64,000 nt of DNA from Heptranchias perlo (Eukaryota): positions 35,960,001-36,024,000 of the forward strand of contig NC_090349.1 of assembly GCF_035084215.1 (NCBI RefSeq), written 5' to 3'. A model generated the notes under the pieces. That model worked only from the letters and a program-made list of their open reading frames with translations, was not told the origin of the DNA and did no database searches. Positions 36,430 to 50,679 of the stretch are shown here, piece after piece. The first letter of the stretch is position 1, and each line of letters opens with the position of its first letter. The translations under genes were made by a program, and so were the position numbers.

Positions 36430-37130
36430 GGCCCGGAATTTGTTCCAAAAATAACGGAGAGCCTAACAGCACTCACCGTTATTTAAGGGCAAATGGAAGA
36501 GCAACTGCAAATGTGCAAGTGCGCACGCGCAAATACGAGATTCGCTGCTCGTTTGAAAGCTGCGCGGGAAGGACAGCTCACCGGTGAAATGAATGGACCA
36601 GCGCACCGCTCTGCTGGAAACGGACTAATCTACACAGAAAAAGGTACGCTGGGTTTTTTAGGTCTAAACTAACTTTTAACAGTGATAAGTCTTAATGACT
36701 GACAAACAACCTCTCTGGCACTGAAAATTAACTTTTAAAAATGTGGAATCTCATTCCTTATGATTTTAATTGTTGACTTTGAAAAATGTTTTACTTTTTA
36801 TTTCTGTCTCTTATCTCTGTCTTTTAATTTAACATTTCTTTATTTATTTCGCTTTCTCTAATTGATTTTACATTGAATTAACTGTTCTAGCATGCACTTC
36901 CTGGTTCTGACATCAAGGATGTTAAAGGATGCTTCAATCTGATTGAACAGGGAAAGGATCTCTGTCCTCAGCTACGCAGCTCACAGATGCCCGGGAGAGG
37001 ATGCTGCACTTTTTGCAGCTCACCATTAGAGAACGGTCCTGCACTAAAGGCCATGGATCGTTTGTGGGCAAGTTTAAATCTAATGAGCGGCAGGCACTGT
37101 TCGGTCGCTGCTCAGAGCAAATTCCAGGCC
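36430..37130. mobile_element. Non-autonomous DNA transposon (PIF/Harbinger-like MITE)
   Basis: TIRs ggcccggaatttgttc / gagcaaattccaggcc with 3 bp TSD att. Homologous along its length to 57951-58681. Confidence 0.75.
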
Positions 37131-40100
37131 ATTGTCACAAAGAGCACTGCACTTCTAACTTGTCAGTGCTGCTGTAAAAACCCTTTAGTGACCCCCTCGC
37201 AAACAAATAATTATGCATGTCCCAGCCTGACAAGTTAGGGATTATGTAAATTTCCACATCATTGCTTTCCTGGGTAATGCACAATACTCTAGTGAAGCAG
37301 AACACATACCAACTCAAGGGGGTATGCTAGGGCTGGGATAGTTATTTTTTGATCTGTAGTAGTGGTCTATGAATTTGTATTACCGTTTCTTTCCTCCTTC
37401 TCCACCCCATCCACCCCCCCATCTAAAACTACACATGCATTTAGTAACCCCTAAGACACAGTAGAATTCTTCCAGCTATTTTGGAGTAGGACTTAAGGCA
37501 GGATTGAACTATAAAACAGTTTTTTTAACAAGACATTATGTACAGAGTACTGTACAAAACACTGTTCAAACAGTATCAACAAGAGCATGCATACTTAGGA
37601 ACATTTAAAATAAATATCAAAGAAATGTACACCCACATATCAGACTCCTGGTAGCAGCAGCATATTGCTATAAACTTAAGCCATTCCTTTCCCCAACCAC
37701 CCAAGTCCTGAAGCACAAAATTGGGGTAGAAGTGAGCACTGCAATAATCCTGAAAGGTTTTTTTTGAATGTGGCTAATTATACTGTGTTACATAATGTGT
37801 GAAATGAACACACACACACTTCCTGTCATAAGAGAAAACTTTTAGAAAAAGGTCTGGTCAGGGTAATGCTGTTATGTTTTGGAAGCTTTGGTTTTAAATG
37901 ACCATTAGAAATGAAAAATGAAAGTGTTTTATTTGCTCTGATTGAGTTCTTTTCATTAACAGAGCAAAAAAAGACACGTCCGCACAAAATAGCTTTGAGT
38001 TTGAAACTCCAATGTAGCAACTGAAGTTAGAACAAATTCATGTCATAAATCTCGCAACCCAGCAAACTCAAAACTTTGTAGATACCACTCGCTGCACCAG
38101 AAGCAGCACTGCCTGTGCTTCGAAACCAATAACGTCTATTAAAATAGACAGCCAGCAACATGCAGAACGTCTGTGCTGTTTTCTCCATGTCTTGTGCACC
38201 TTTTTAAAAATAGGGTAAATTGGCTGGCTTAGGGAGACTGGTGCCACATTAGTTGTTGAAGTATCAGTTATTGTGCCACGTTAGTTGTTGATGTACATTG
38301 GAAACTACCAGCATTGTCACTGGGCTTATTTTGCACATTGGTACCAATAAGCTATATAGAGACAGGGGACCCGGGGGGGGGTTTACAATGCATCATCAAA
38401 AACTGGTTCCCAAATCTCTGGGACCCTAGTGATGTACAGCTCAAAAATGCTCTTACCAAAAATTGGATGGATACGTGGACACCTACCACCTTACTGAAAT
38501 CCTAACGAGGGCACGAGCTTAACTATTGAAAAAAAGAAACTAAGCAGCACATGCTGATAACCATTACAGGAGGAAAAATGAGTTGTAGCATTAATAAGCC
38601 TGAATGTGACAAGAGCAAAATTTGCATAAAAGTTTAGATCGAAGCAGTCCAGTTTCATGGGTGAATGATTCAGTTCCTTACAGCAGTCCCGCTCAGCCTG
38701 TACCCCCTAATGAGAATCTCCGGGCTCACAGCCGAAATACTCAAACGTGACAATTCCTTTTTACACATTGTGAAAGCAACATCAGAGTTTCAGCCATCAC
38801 ACAAAAGCTTATAGCCAAAAAAAAAATCCAGCATGGAATGGGTTAAAATTGCACTGGAACACTGGGTCTCATTTTAAAATTGCTCTGTATAGGGCTCAGT
38901 TAAGGATCCCTGCTGTGTGCAATTGAGATGCTTTGAGACAAAAAAAAGCTACACTACGCAGACTGTGATGTCACGTTGAATGCTCATGGTTAAAATAATG
39001 CGGATCCGCAGGAGACGTGACACCTCTTCAGACACAAACAGGAGGCAGAAGTGACGAGGCCTGGCAGGGCTCCCTTCCCCCTCCTGACACTTGCTGGGTG
39101 TGGCTAGTTCAAAATATTCCACACAATGTTCTAATCCAATTTCCCTAACTGAGCAGTTGACTTCCGCAAACCTGCGTCAGCCTCATCAATATGAAGGAAG
39201 GGCTTTGTTCAAATGCCAAAAACTATTATAGAATCAATAACCTTTGCACTCAATCAACTGATTTGACATTGGTGTGATATTACATCGATAATGCACTGCA
39301 GAAAGCCGCAAGACAAGATGAAAAAGAGCTACAATACCCAACAGTTTTGTCATCAAAAGAATAAAGCTTGAGGGAATATCGAAAGTAGTAAGCTCAATGA
39401 CTGCTTAAAACTTACTGCTAGGCATTTAGTTTATTGTTCCTTTCCTATCCCCACCCAAAACACACACACACAAAAACAGAAAAATTACAATTGTTAAGAG
39501 TCATTCGTGGATCTTAGCCAGGCCGAGATCATTTCAAAACATCAGCAACTGAGGTTAACCTCAACCCAGAGAATAATGTGGTGAGGAAGAGTGAAACATG
39601 ACAGTGAGCCCATCATGCCTGTCCCTTAGGAGAAGCTGCCCAGGAGTAGAGTCTGACTGCTTGGGGCCTCTTCGTTATTTAGGATGACATCTGAACCACT
39701 CAATTAAAAAGCAGCAGAGCAACAGCCCGTCTGATACTTCAGCAACAACATGTCACCAGTCTCCCTGCTAGGCATCATTTTATTTCCACATACACCTCTC
39801 AATAAAAGGCTAATTATTCCATTTATTGGGACTCATTTCTTTTAAAGCATTAAAACACCTACAAACTGCAAATGAGGCTCAGCGCTGCATTCCAACCACA
39901 GGAGGACACAAAAAACAAGGCAAAATTCACAGCATCCAGAGGTTCATATATTGGCTCCACTTCTAGCAGAAGAGGTTTTGCAATATAAATACAAGCATCT
40001 TTTTTTCTTCCCCTCTACTATTTTTTTTTGACATGGGGGGGTGGGGTGGAGCTCTCCCTTTGCATCCATTTCATAATCCAAATCTCATTAAGTGCATCCT

Positions 40101-40329
40101 CATCCAGTACCTTAGGCTGGAGGGTGTATCTGACTAGTCTCACATTTGGAACTAACAGTGCGGTATTTGAACCAGGCCGACAAGAGTGGATGGCGCACAC
40201 ACACACAAAAAAAATTCCTTTTTAAAATGACATACACAAGAGCAGATTTTCAGGCAGTTACCAGGGTTATTAAATATTACAGTAACAACCTTTAAATACT
40301 CCTTACAGATCTGCTGTAAATTGTAATTA

Positions 40330-40930
40330 TAGAACTCACTCCCCTGAAATCACAATCTAGTTAAGGATAAGGAAGGCAATTTGACTAATCTTAATTGAAC
40401 CAATCAGAAAGATCCTAACATCTCCCCTTTGCAACATCCAATTGTTTTAAATAAGTCCAGAGTTTTCACCTCCATTACTCTATCTGGAAGTCAATTCCAC
40501 ACATTGATCTGTGCTCTTGACACCAGTCCTAAATTTACCTTTTACTAGTTTGAAAACGATTGTTCTACTTTCAAATTGAAGTAACACTCCAGGTTTAATT
40601 TTTTGATTCCCTTAACTATCTTGTATACCTCTATAATATCACTTCTCCAATGTCTCCTTTCCAGGGTAATAACCTAAAGTGTCTCCGGTCGTCCCTCATA
40701 ACATAAGCCCGACACTAGGAATCAGCTTCGTGGCTCTGCTCTTTCTCCAGTGCTCAATTATCTCACCGACCACAACTGGGCTCCATATGTAAGCTGCAGT
40801 TGATTTGATCCTTACCTCCCCAACTTATATTGTGTTTTGCTTATGCAGTTCAACATTCTATTGGCTTTGTCAATTGATACTCTGAATTAGTTGGACCTGC
40901 TTAGTGTGGTCTGTTAAGTTTCCTAGGTGT
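40330..40930 (-). mobile_element. Very old CR1 3' fragment
   Basis: tccattactctatctggaagtcaattccacacattga; atcttgtatacctctataatatcac; tccctcataac. Confidence 0.6.
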
Positions 40931-41169
40931 TTTCCAGCTTCATCCATAGCTACAACACTTTCATGGAGTGCATGCGTGCCCTATTTTTCCTTCCTATGTG
41001 CAGTACTTCACACTCATCTGACCACTTCTTCAGCATTTTGGCCAGCACATCTCCTGCAATGGCTTTTCCTCCACACCTACATGGAGTGCGCAATGTTCCA
41101 TCCTTGGCCCCTCAGCCAGGAGTCAACTTCCATGTGTATGCTAAATCTACCTCGCTGTCAATTTGCTGA

Positions 41170-41620
41170 ACTTCAGGTGGCCAACGCGTTGTCTGACTGC
41201 TTGTCAAACATGTCGTGATTAAGTCAGAACTTTCCGTGCCATATCAGTGGCAAGTCAGAATTCATCCTGTCCAACTCTCACCACAAACTCAGCCCCCTAG
41301 CAGCCCACCTCAATTCCAGCCTCCCAACCACCCCCACAGACTAAACCCAACAGTAATCAACCTCAATATCCTGTTGGATCCTCAGCCCAGCTTGAAACGT
41401 TTTATCCTATCCATCAATAAGACTGCCCATTTCCACCTCCACAAAGCTGTCCACCTACAGCCATCTCAGCACTAAATTCTGGAACTTTCTCCCTAAACAC
41501 CCTGCTTTGCTTCTTCTCTCCTCACTTTCAACAGGCACCTTAAAACCTTTGTTCAATCATGCCTTGTCATTTCTCCTAATTCTTGTAATGCTTGGTGTCC
41601 ATTATACCCTCCATCCCTTT
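41170..41620 (+). mobile_element. Old L2 fragments
   Basis: tgtctgactgcttgtcaaacat..; NLNILLDPQPSLKRFILSINKTAHFHL; ctggaactttctccctaaac. Confidence 0.6.
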
Positions 41621-42859
41621 TGGGACTTGAAAAAGCTCCTACATACTTGACGTGTACTGCTCTTCTCACCAACTAGCAGTAAGTAGTCAACTGAATTCTA
41701 ATAGTTTCAATAAGTCACCAGTGCCCACATGACAGTTTACATTTTACAAGTCTTACTGGAAGTAACACAGCAAACTGATTTGGTGAAACAATGCAATGCA
41801 GCAGCAACAGTCCGCGTGTCCCAAGTTTTGCTGAAAGCCATTCAGAAAATGGCACAGTAGTGTAGACAGCCATTTGGTAGCTAGTACAAGCAGCCATGTC
41901 CACATTAGAAGAGAGCAAATATCAACAGGCTATTTTACCCTGGATATGGCAAAGACATGTGTGAGGGTTACAGCAACAGTCGAGGAGGGTTAAGGATGGA
42001 GACAGGTGACATTGTGGAGTGGATATGGGCTGTCTTAGTGATTGATAGGATGTGGGGTTGTGGGATGAGGGTCAAACAGGATGGGGTGGCTTATGGCTGA
42101 ACAAGCACTCAAGGAAAGGGATGGAATGAGGAGTGAGGGTGTGGTGTGGATCGAACAAGGTGGCTTCCATTCTAGTGACGAGGATTCTGGCTTATCCACA
42201 ATTAATGTCCAAGTTCCTGTTACTGGGGGGGGGGGGGGGAAATGGAAAGAGAAAATATTAGAACAGCCACCTCTTACTGCAAACCTCTGGGGTGCTAGCT
42301 AGAGTAGCACTCATCCTTGCACAAAACAAAGCCTCTGGATTACTGTGTCAGCTCACAACAGCATCCAGCATGAACTATTTCAGCACAAAGCTACTGTAAA
42401 TAGTATAATCATCGGAGATAATTTCAAACCAAATTATCCCATTCCAGTGCACAAGCATGTCAGCTTCACAACCGAAGTCAGAAAACCTCCTTCTCAGCAG
42501 AAGAATATTTTGCTGCTCATGCACTGTTTATATCATGGGTGTGGTCAGAAACAGTTGGATAATTTTTGCTATCATGCTCCTGAAGGGCTACACCGTTTCT
42601 CTCCTGGCCTCTGATGGTCAGCATTGGCTCAGCAGCCTTGCATGGAGCTTCACACTTCTCTTTATTTCCTTAATCTTTTACATCCTCCTGACTGGTCTGC
42701 TGAGCCAATTTGAACAAATACCACTCCTCTGACCAAGGCGATTCACTTCATTCCTGGTCTAAGTCTGGATTGCTCTTACAAAGAGCTGGCACAGGCACGA
42801 TGTGCCGAATGGCCTCTTTCTCTGCTGTAACCAGTCTATGGTTCTCGAAGTCAAAGCCT

Positions 42860-43110
42860 CAATGGCTGAGCATGGCACTGAGTCAACAGAGCGGGCAGGT
42901 CCCAGATTTGATTTTAGCCTGCAATAAGTTAGCTGACCTCAGTGGTGGCAGTGTGCTACAACTGACCTCGCCATCATCGGTGGATAGAGAAAAATTATCC
43001 ACAGTACCTGCTGCTGCTGAAGGCTATCCAATGACCTCTAATAGAAAATGCGCTCGTGGACATCAGCAGAGAAGAGGATCAGGTTCAACTGTGATGCCTT
43101 CCCAGGGAAA
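42860..43110 (+). mobile_element. SINE family S copy
   Basis: ggtcccagatttgat..agttagctgacctcag..gtgctacaactgacctc..gtggacatcagcagagaagaggatcagg. Confidence 0.65.
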
Positions 43111-43864
43111 AATAACCTATTAATATTCAATGTCACGAAGAACAACTAGTTGGGTGAGATACCAAGGAGGGGGGGGGGGGGGGGGGGCGGTGGTCGAGTT
43201 CCAAGGAATGACACCCCAGCATATTAGCACCTTTAAAAACAGGAGGCTTTTTTCTAAAGTTAGCCTGTATGAAAAGTATGGGCCCACTATCACACCACTC
43301 CAGCTGTCCCGAAACACTCCCTTAGCAAGCAATTACCTAGCCCCCCAACTGGCTCACAGGCTTAATGGTTATGACTTCACTAGGGTGGGGACTATGAAAT
43401 ATACTTGGCAGAACTGCCAGACCACTTGTGTGGCACTGAAGTAAAATTAGGACTTCAGAAAAAACAATAGCCCTCCTGTGAAAAGATTCTGCGATGTTCC
43501 TATACCTGTATCAGCAGGCAGAAGTGAAAATTTCCAATCCCCCATTCTAAGGAAATGTTAAAAATGGTCATCCTAGTTAGTTTGTCTGCAGTGTGCAATA
43601 ACTAAAAGCAGATCAGGAAGGGAACCTTTTTGCCATTTCTGCAGGAAAATCATAAGCAAAGAAGGAAATGAACTGTAATTTTGTGGTGCCATACCTGGGT
43701 TGGTTCCAGGATTTTCTTTCTTTACGTCAACAAAAAAAAATGGAGCTGATCTTTGTAACACTTCATTAGCCCAAGGCCTACCCAACAGTTTGGTATCACT
43801 AAATACACACACATCAGGCATCACTTCAAGCAGCTGGATACTTTACTGATCAGTAATCAGCAGG

Positions 43865-44110
43865 AACCTTTATGTAGCACTTTATCACACAAGTGTCTCA
43901 AAGCACTTTGCAAAATAAATTACTTCCAAAGTGCTAGGAATTGTGTAAGCAAATGGGACAGCCATTCTACACCAGTAATGTGCCACGAACAGCAATGCGA
44001 TAAATGGTCAATTAAACTGTGTGTTTGCTGGTATTCGCTGAGAGAAGGCATTGGGAGAACTCCTTGTGCACTTCAAAGTCCAGTGGATGAGGACCTCCGT
44101 TTAATGCCTT
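43865..44110 (-). mobile_element. Degenerate Deu-type SINE
   Basis: tttatgtagcacttt..caaagcacttt..cagccatt..gaactcc..ctccgtttaatg, collinear with 5544-5840. Confidence 0.5.
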
Positions 44111-44459
44111 GTACAGGGCAAAGCTTTCGATCTTCATGTAGTCACAGTTCTACAGATTCTAGCTATTCTTCTGGAATCTGATTAGCTGCACAAATACAGT
44201 ATTTTAAATCTCAGATGTCTCCTCGTCCAGACAGGATATTGTCTTAACCTGCTGCTATACCATTTCCTCACTAAACCTTCGATTTGATGTCCAAATCTGG
44301 ACCAGCAGGCTTTCACACCTACCGCCAGCTCAAGCTGTTACAGGGTGTGCAACTGATCAAAGTCTGATAGGTACTTGTAAAATTAGGTGGATGCTCTAAA
44401 ATAAATATATACACGCATACAAAGCTCTGAGACATCGTGCAATGAAGTTAGCGTATACG

Positions 44460-44820
44460 CTTACATCACCCATGTGCTCGCTGACCTACATCAGCTCCCA
44501 GTCCACCAATGCCTCAAATTTAAAATTCTTATCCTTGTGTTTAAATCACTCCATGATCTTGCCCTTCCCTATCTCTCTAACCTCCTCCAACCCTCTGAGA
44601 ACTCTGCGGTCCAAAATTCTGACCTCGTGTGCATCCCCGACTTCCTTCACCCCACCACTGGCAGTCGTGCATTCTGCTGCCTAGGCCTTAAACGCCATTT
44701 CCCTTCCTAAACCTCTCTGTCTATCACTCCTCCTTTAAGACACTCCTTAACACCTGCCTCTCCCCCGTCCTATTGTCTCCTTCTTTGGCTCGGTGTCAAT
44801 TTCTGTCTGATTACGCTGTG
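44460..44820 (+). mobile_element. L2 3' fragment
   Basis: ORF 44474..44710 reads LADLHQLPVHQCLKFKILILVFKSLHDLALPYLSNLLQP. Confidence 0.85.
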
Positions 44821-46309
44821 AAACGTAGCAGCCAATTTACGCACAGCAAGATTCCACAGATAGCCATACGCACATACCTGCACCATTCACTCTTCTGACT
44901 CTGGATTACTGGTTTAATCACTCCATCATAGGCCAGTCACTACCCTGCCACCTTCTAGAATTCTCTCTCTCAAAAACCACTTGCCGTCTCTTTCTTTTTT
45001 GAGCACACCTTCAACCACCCCTTAAATTGCCTCCCTTTCCCTGCTTGGTGTCCACTTTTCGTCAAGTACTGAGGTGCTTCTTTTACAGGTGGAATATGAT
45101 AAAAAGACAACCATTATTTGGCAGATCATTTGCAGAACAAAGATTTGCCATGTACATGAATAGAACATAAAAATGACACGAACTAGACCAAATGAGAAGA
45201 GCAACATACCCAGTGGACTGCACAGTAATGGAGAGACAGGATGTTGATTTTGTGTTAGATAATGCATTCTCCACCCTATGTTCTATACAGCCCCTAAAAG
45301 AAGCAGATGCACTGTGTTGTGTTTATATTAGCGAATCACTTCCACTGGAAGCAATGAATTCACCAGCAGCGACACAGTTTCTTTCCCAGTGAAGAAAATG
45401 CTTCCAAGTCACGTTTCCCTGACCATATTTCAGAGCGTGGACCTTCCCTGGAGTGTTTGGGCAGACTGTATACTGAATTAGAAAAAAAATATTAGTGGCT
45501 TACGGTATCTGTGCTGCCGCAGAAGCTAGTGTCAATGTTCCGGAGCTGCAACTGAGGGCAGGGCTGCCTCTGATAGCAGTACTGTGATGTAAACAGTATT
45601 GGAAAGGGTCTGTATATACACACATAAATCAAGCTCAGAACAGAGGTCCTAACCTTGTCATTCCAATACTTTCACTGTCTTGAATACCTCAGGAAGAATA
45701 TTACGAGTTCCAAAGCAGATTTAGACTTGTGGCAGGCAAGGCAAATCATTCATACAGTTTGAAAGCAGCATACAAATGATGCCGAACATCATGGAAAAGA
45801 GTGGGGAGAGGGCATCAGTGCCAACAATTTTTAATCTCTTATTCTGGCACTGTACTACATAGTCACTGAAAACAAAATGCCTCAGTTAAAGAAAATACAT
45901 ATTCCACTCTCCAGCTAGCCTGGGGCAAGATCCTGGTCGTATTAATGATCTAGAGCAAAAGGGAAAGCAACAAAAAGTTTCTCCCTCTAATTTTCTCTAG
46001 CTCATTTTTAGCCTCTTGCAGTTTTCAGCCTGTACTAAAAGTAGTCAATTTTATTCCTTTTTGTTTTGAAAAACAGGATTGATTTTCTCTAGGTAAAATT
46101 CAACGGTGCTTTCAAACTTGAGTCCAGTGACTATGGGCAGCCCTTCGCACTTACACTGCTAAATTTGCTCGCATCTCAGTGACAATTGTAGGCCCATGAA
46201 TAAGAAAGCCAAATTTAGCAGTGTAAATGCAAAACCACTGGATCATTTAGGAAACAACTGGATATAGCAGTGTGTGTTTGAGTGGGGTGGGGGGAGGAAA
46301 GAGAGACCT

Positions 46310-46565
46310 GAAGGGTCTTTCTGCACTCTCAGATGGACATAAAAGATCATGACACTATTCAAAGAGGAATTCACCCGGTGTCCTGGTCAATATTTATCCC
46401 TTAATCAACATCTAAAACAGATGATCTGGTCATTTATTTCATTGCTGTTTGTGGGACCTTGCTGTGCACAATTTGGCTGCCATGCTTCTTACTTTACAAT
46501 AGCACAAGCAATGAAGTACTTTTGAAGTGTAGTCAAAGCACTTTGGGACGTCCTGAGGTCATGAA
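46310..46565 (+). mobile_element. Deu-type SINE fragment
   Basis: ctctcagatggacataaaagatc..tcctggtcaatatttatccct..cattgctgtttgtgggaccttgctgtgcacaatttggctgcc. Confidence 0.75.
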
Positions 46566-48872
46566 AGGCCCTTTAAAAACTTATAACTGTGATATTGTAA
46601 ATGAAAATAAGGAAATGGCGGACATGTTAAATAATTACTTCGCGTCAGTATTTACAGTAGAGGACGAGGATATCCTGCCGGACGCCCCAAGGAAACTAAT
46701 TTTGAATCAGGGACAGGGACTCAGCACAATTAACATGAGCAAATTAACAATAATGAAGAAAATAACGGCACTGAAGAGTGACAAATCTCCAGGACCAGAT
46801 GGTTTCCAACCCAGGGTTTTAAAGGAAGTAGGAGAGAACATTGCAGAAGCCCCAACTATAATTGTCCAAAGTTCTCGCGATTTAAGAACTGTTCCTTTAG
46901 AATGGAAAATAGCGGAGTGACATGTGCAATTTAAGAAAGGTGAGAGGGGGAAACCAGAGAATTGTAGACCAGTTAGCCTAACATCTGTTGTCGGGAAACT
47001 ACGAGTGTCTATAATTAAGGAGAGAGTGACTGAACACCTTGAAAATTTTCAGCTGATCAGAGAGCACCAGCATGGATTTGTGAAGGATAGATTATGCCTG
47101 ATGAACCTGATTGAATTTTTTGAAGAAGTAACTAAAGTAGTGGACAGTGGAATGTATATGGATGTTGTTTATATGGACTTCCAGAAGGCATTCGATAAAG
47201 TCCCTCATAACAGACTGTTAGCTAAAGTTGAAGCTGAGAAGTTGAAATTATTGACCTGGTTAGGAAATTGGCTGAGCAGCAGGAGACAGAGAGTAGAGAT
47301 AATAGGCAGGTATTCAAATTGGCAGGATGAGACAAGTGGTGTCCCACAGGGATACAGGGCCTTGATGAGACTACACCAGGAGTAGTGTGTGCAGTTTTGG
47401 TCTCCTTACCTATGAAAGGATATACTTGCCAGAGGGAGAGCAGCGAAGGTTCACCAGACTGATTCCTGGGATGGCAGGACTGTCATATGAGGAGAGATTG
47501 GGTTGACTAGGCCTCTATTCACTAGAGTTTAGAAGAATGCGAGGGGATCTCATTGAAATGTATAAAATTCTGACAGGGCTTGACAGACTGGATGCAGGGA
47601 GGATGTTTCCCCTGGCTGGGGGTCCAGAACGAGGGGTCACAGTCTCAGGATACCGTGTAGGACATTTAGTACTGAGATCAGGAGAAATTTCTTCACTCAG
47701 AGGGTGGTTAACCTTTGAAATGCTCTACCACAGAAGGCTGTGGAGGCCAAGTCACTGAATATATTTAAAGAGATAGATTTCTAGACACAAAAGGCATCAA
47801 GGGGTATTGAGACAGAGGATCAGCCATGATCATATTGAACGGCGGAGCAGGCTCGAAGGGCCGAATGGCCTACTCCTGCTTTCTATGGATCTGTGTTGGG
47901 ACCTCAACTATTCACTATTTATTAACGACTTAGATGATGGGATAGCGAGCCACATACCCAAGTTTGCCGATGACAAAGATAGGCAGCATTGTAAGCAGTG
48001 TAGAGGGAAGCACAAAATTACAGAGAGATATTAATAGATTAAGTGAATGGGCAAAACTGTGAACAGGATTTCAATGTAGGCGTGTGAGGTCATCGACTTT
48101 GGACCTAAAAAAAAATAGATCAGAGTACTTTCTAAATGGTGAAAAGCTCAAAATAGTGGACGTCTAAAGAGACTTAGGGGCCCTTGTATGTCGACAATTA
48201 AAATGTCACGGACAGGTACAGAAAATAATCAAAAAGGCTAGTGGATTACAGGCCTTTATATCGAGAGGACTAGAATACAAGGGGGTAGAAGTTATGCTAC
48301 AGTTATACAAAGCCCTGGTTAGACCACACCTGGAGTACTGTGTTCAGTTCTGCGCACCGTACCTTAGGAAGGATATACTGGCCTTAGAGGGAGTGCAGCG
48401 TAGATTTACCAGAATGATAACTGGACTCCGAGGGTTAAATTACAAGGCGAGATTACACAAACTAGGGTGTATTCCCTGGAATTTAGAAGATTAGGGGGTT
48501 ATTTGATCAAAGTTTTCAAGATATTAAGGGGAACTGATGGGGTAGATAGAGAGAAACTATTTCCGCTGGTTGGGGAGTCTAGGACTTGGGGACGTAGCCT
48601 AAAAATTAGCACCAGGATTTTCAGGAGTGAGGATAGGAAACACTTCTACACGGAAAGGATAGAAGAAGTTTGGAACTCTCTTCCACAAACGGCAGTTGAT
48701 GTTAGCTCAATTGTTAATTTTAAATCTGAGATTGATAGACTTTTGTTAACCAAAGGTATTAAGGGATATGGGGCTATGGCAGGTATATGGAGTTAGGTCA
48801 CAGATCAGCCATGATCTCGTTGAATGGCAAAACAGGCTTGAGGGGTTAAATGGCCTACTCTTGTTCCTATGT
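46566..48872 (+). mobile_element. CR1 LINE, 5'-truncated
   Basis: LNNYFASVFT, KSPGPDG, QHGFVK, MDFQKAFDKVPH, GVPQG and LVRPHLEYCVQF. The 3' end is cttgttcctatg. Confidence 0.93.
47354..47886 (+). mobile_element. CR1 3' fragment of another subfamily nested in CR1
   Basis: Closely matches 25186-25748. It interrupts the host at cccacagggat/ggatctgtg (ggat duplicated). Confidence 0.88.
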
Positions 48873-50679
48873 GTAAATGCAAGTCTTTCTTTATGAATGA
48901 AGGATGGGCTGACTGGCAGTGCTCATCCATATTTACCCCGTGATTTTGTAAACAATGTAAAAAAAAAAGTAAAAGCACCTCAACTGACTACGTCCCACTA
49001 AGGGTTCCTTTACAGCACAATTATATGTAAAATCACATCACCCAGCGTCCTGAGGCTGTGGAATCTCACCCTGTTAATATTAGAAAGCAGACTCTACAGC
49101 AACTGAACAGATAAACAAGTGCAAGCACAGGAATTTTACAGTTGTGTTTTTCAACTTCATTTTTGCCCAACATCTTCCTTAATGGCTGAGGAAACCACAT
49201 ACTAACCAGAAGACTGCTCAAGTTGTCACCAAAAATCACGGCTGTACCTCCAGCAGCACTGCTTATATTGCCACCAAGGATACTATTGCCTCTGGCGACA
49301 CTGGCAAAACAAAGCATCTCTTTTGGTGGGGCTGAGTCTCTGGAGGTAGCAGTACCTTTTCAATTATTTTATCACACCATCATTAAAGTCAGGATTGGTA
49401 CCTGCAGCTGCAACAGACAGAACCAGCATTTAAAAGCTATTAAAAAATGAAAGGACGGCAAATATTGATTTCAAACTTTAGAATGCTTGGATTACATGTT
49501 TTCATTAAAATATTGGTAATCAGACTTTAAAGAGAGCAATCGTGTAATTGACAATCTGTTGTCAGATACAAATGAACCGGGGGGGGGATCCACGCAATTG
49601 CTCTTCAGCTTGCTTTAGCCCAAGAGTGCAATATATTGACCACACACACTTCAGGAGACTGTGGCAAGAAACACTAGAGTCAAAATTCAGGAATCAGTTA
49701 TAACCGATCCCTCACCGCAGTGAATAAGGATATTTACAGCATTTTATTTAACAAAGATATTTCGTAATTTCTGCACAGTATACCAACAATGAAGCTCATT
49801 CTAACTTCCTATGACTCAGTCGTGCTTAAACGGTATATTAAAACCACTTTTTAAATGAACAGCAGCAAAGGGCAATTCTTATGCTAATGTGGAGCAGTTT
49901 ATGTCAATGTCATCATCACCACAGAGTGCTTAAGGCTTTTCAGTTTTGAGGATCCAGAACTTCCTCTTACAAAAGGAAGGGGAGACCCAGTGGAAACACT
50001 GGGCATTCTTGGCAGCTCAAAACAGTACACACATTATATCACGATCACCAAAGACAGCATTTTTAAACCAAAAACAATGAAAATATTCTTTTCCACTTTA
50101 AAATTCACAGGACTGAGTCACTCATATTTGAGGTTTTGGTCAATTTGAGATTCTGTTTACAACAGATTTTGCTGATAACTAACACAGCTAGGCTGGCGTG
50201 GTGTAAAAATGAAACCTTTGGCACTGACATCTCAATTAGTAAGAGCACTGCTTGGCATGGAACATCATGACGCAGACCAAGGTGGTCCCAGGTCTGTGTT
50301 GAGTTAGCTGATCTGAGGCAGGGAGGCTCACACAAGCTGTGCGTTAGCATCTAGCATCATCTCAGTTTACTTTGATATAAAATGTTTAGATACTTGGAGA
50401 TTGTATTATGGTGACAACAGCTGGCCTGGAAAAAACATTTTGAGTGCTCAACTACACATCAGTAAGTCACAGGTACAAGTACTCAAGCTACTTTTCATGG
50501 GGTAGACTTCATCCACTGAAAAAAAACACCCAGTGATTCTTCCTCCTAATCATTATCCAGCAACGACTGTTGGAACCATACATGTGGACAGTGGATGAAG
50601 ACAGCTTTGAGCTCTGTTGTGTTGTCAAATGACCTGTTGACACTCATCAGTCTCGCAGCAGGGAATCAAATTAAAATTT

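Noticed and set aside
38242-38295. Short local tandem duplications (also 51398-51435)
   Set aside because: Ordinary two-unit slippage duplications.
49066-49410. Possible minus-strand exon (acceptor-like ~49407, donor-like ~49069)
   Set aside because: No recognisable protein. Such splice-like signals are expected by chance in 50 kb.
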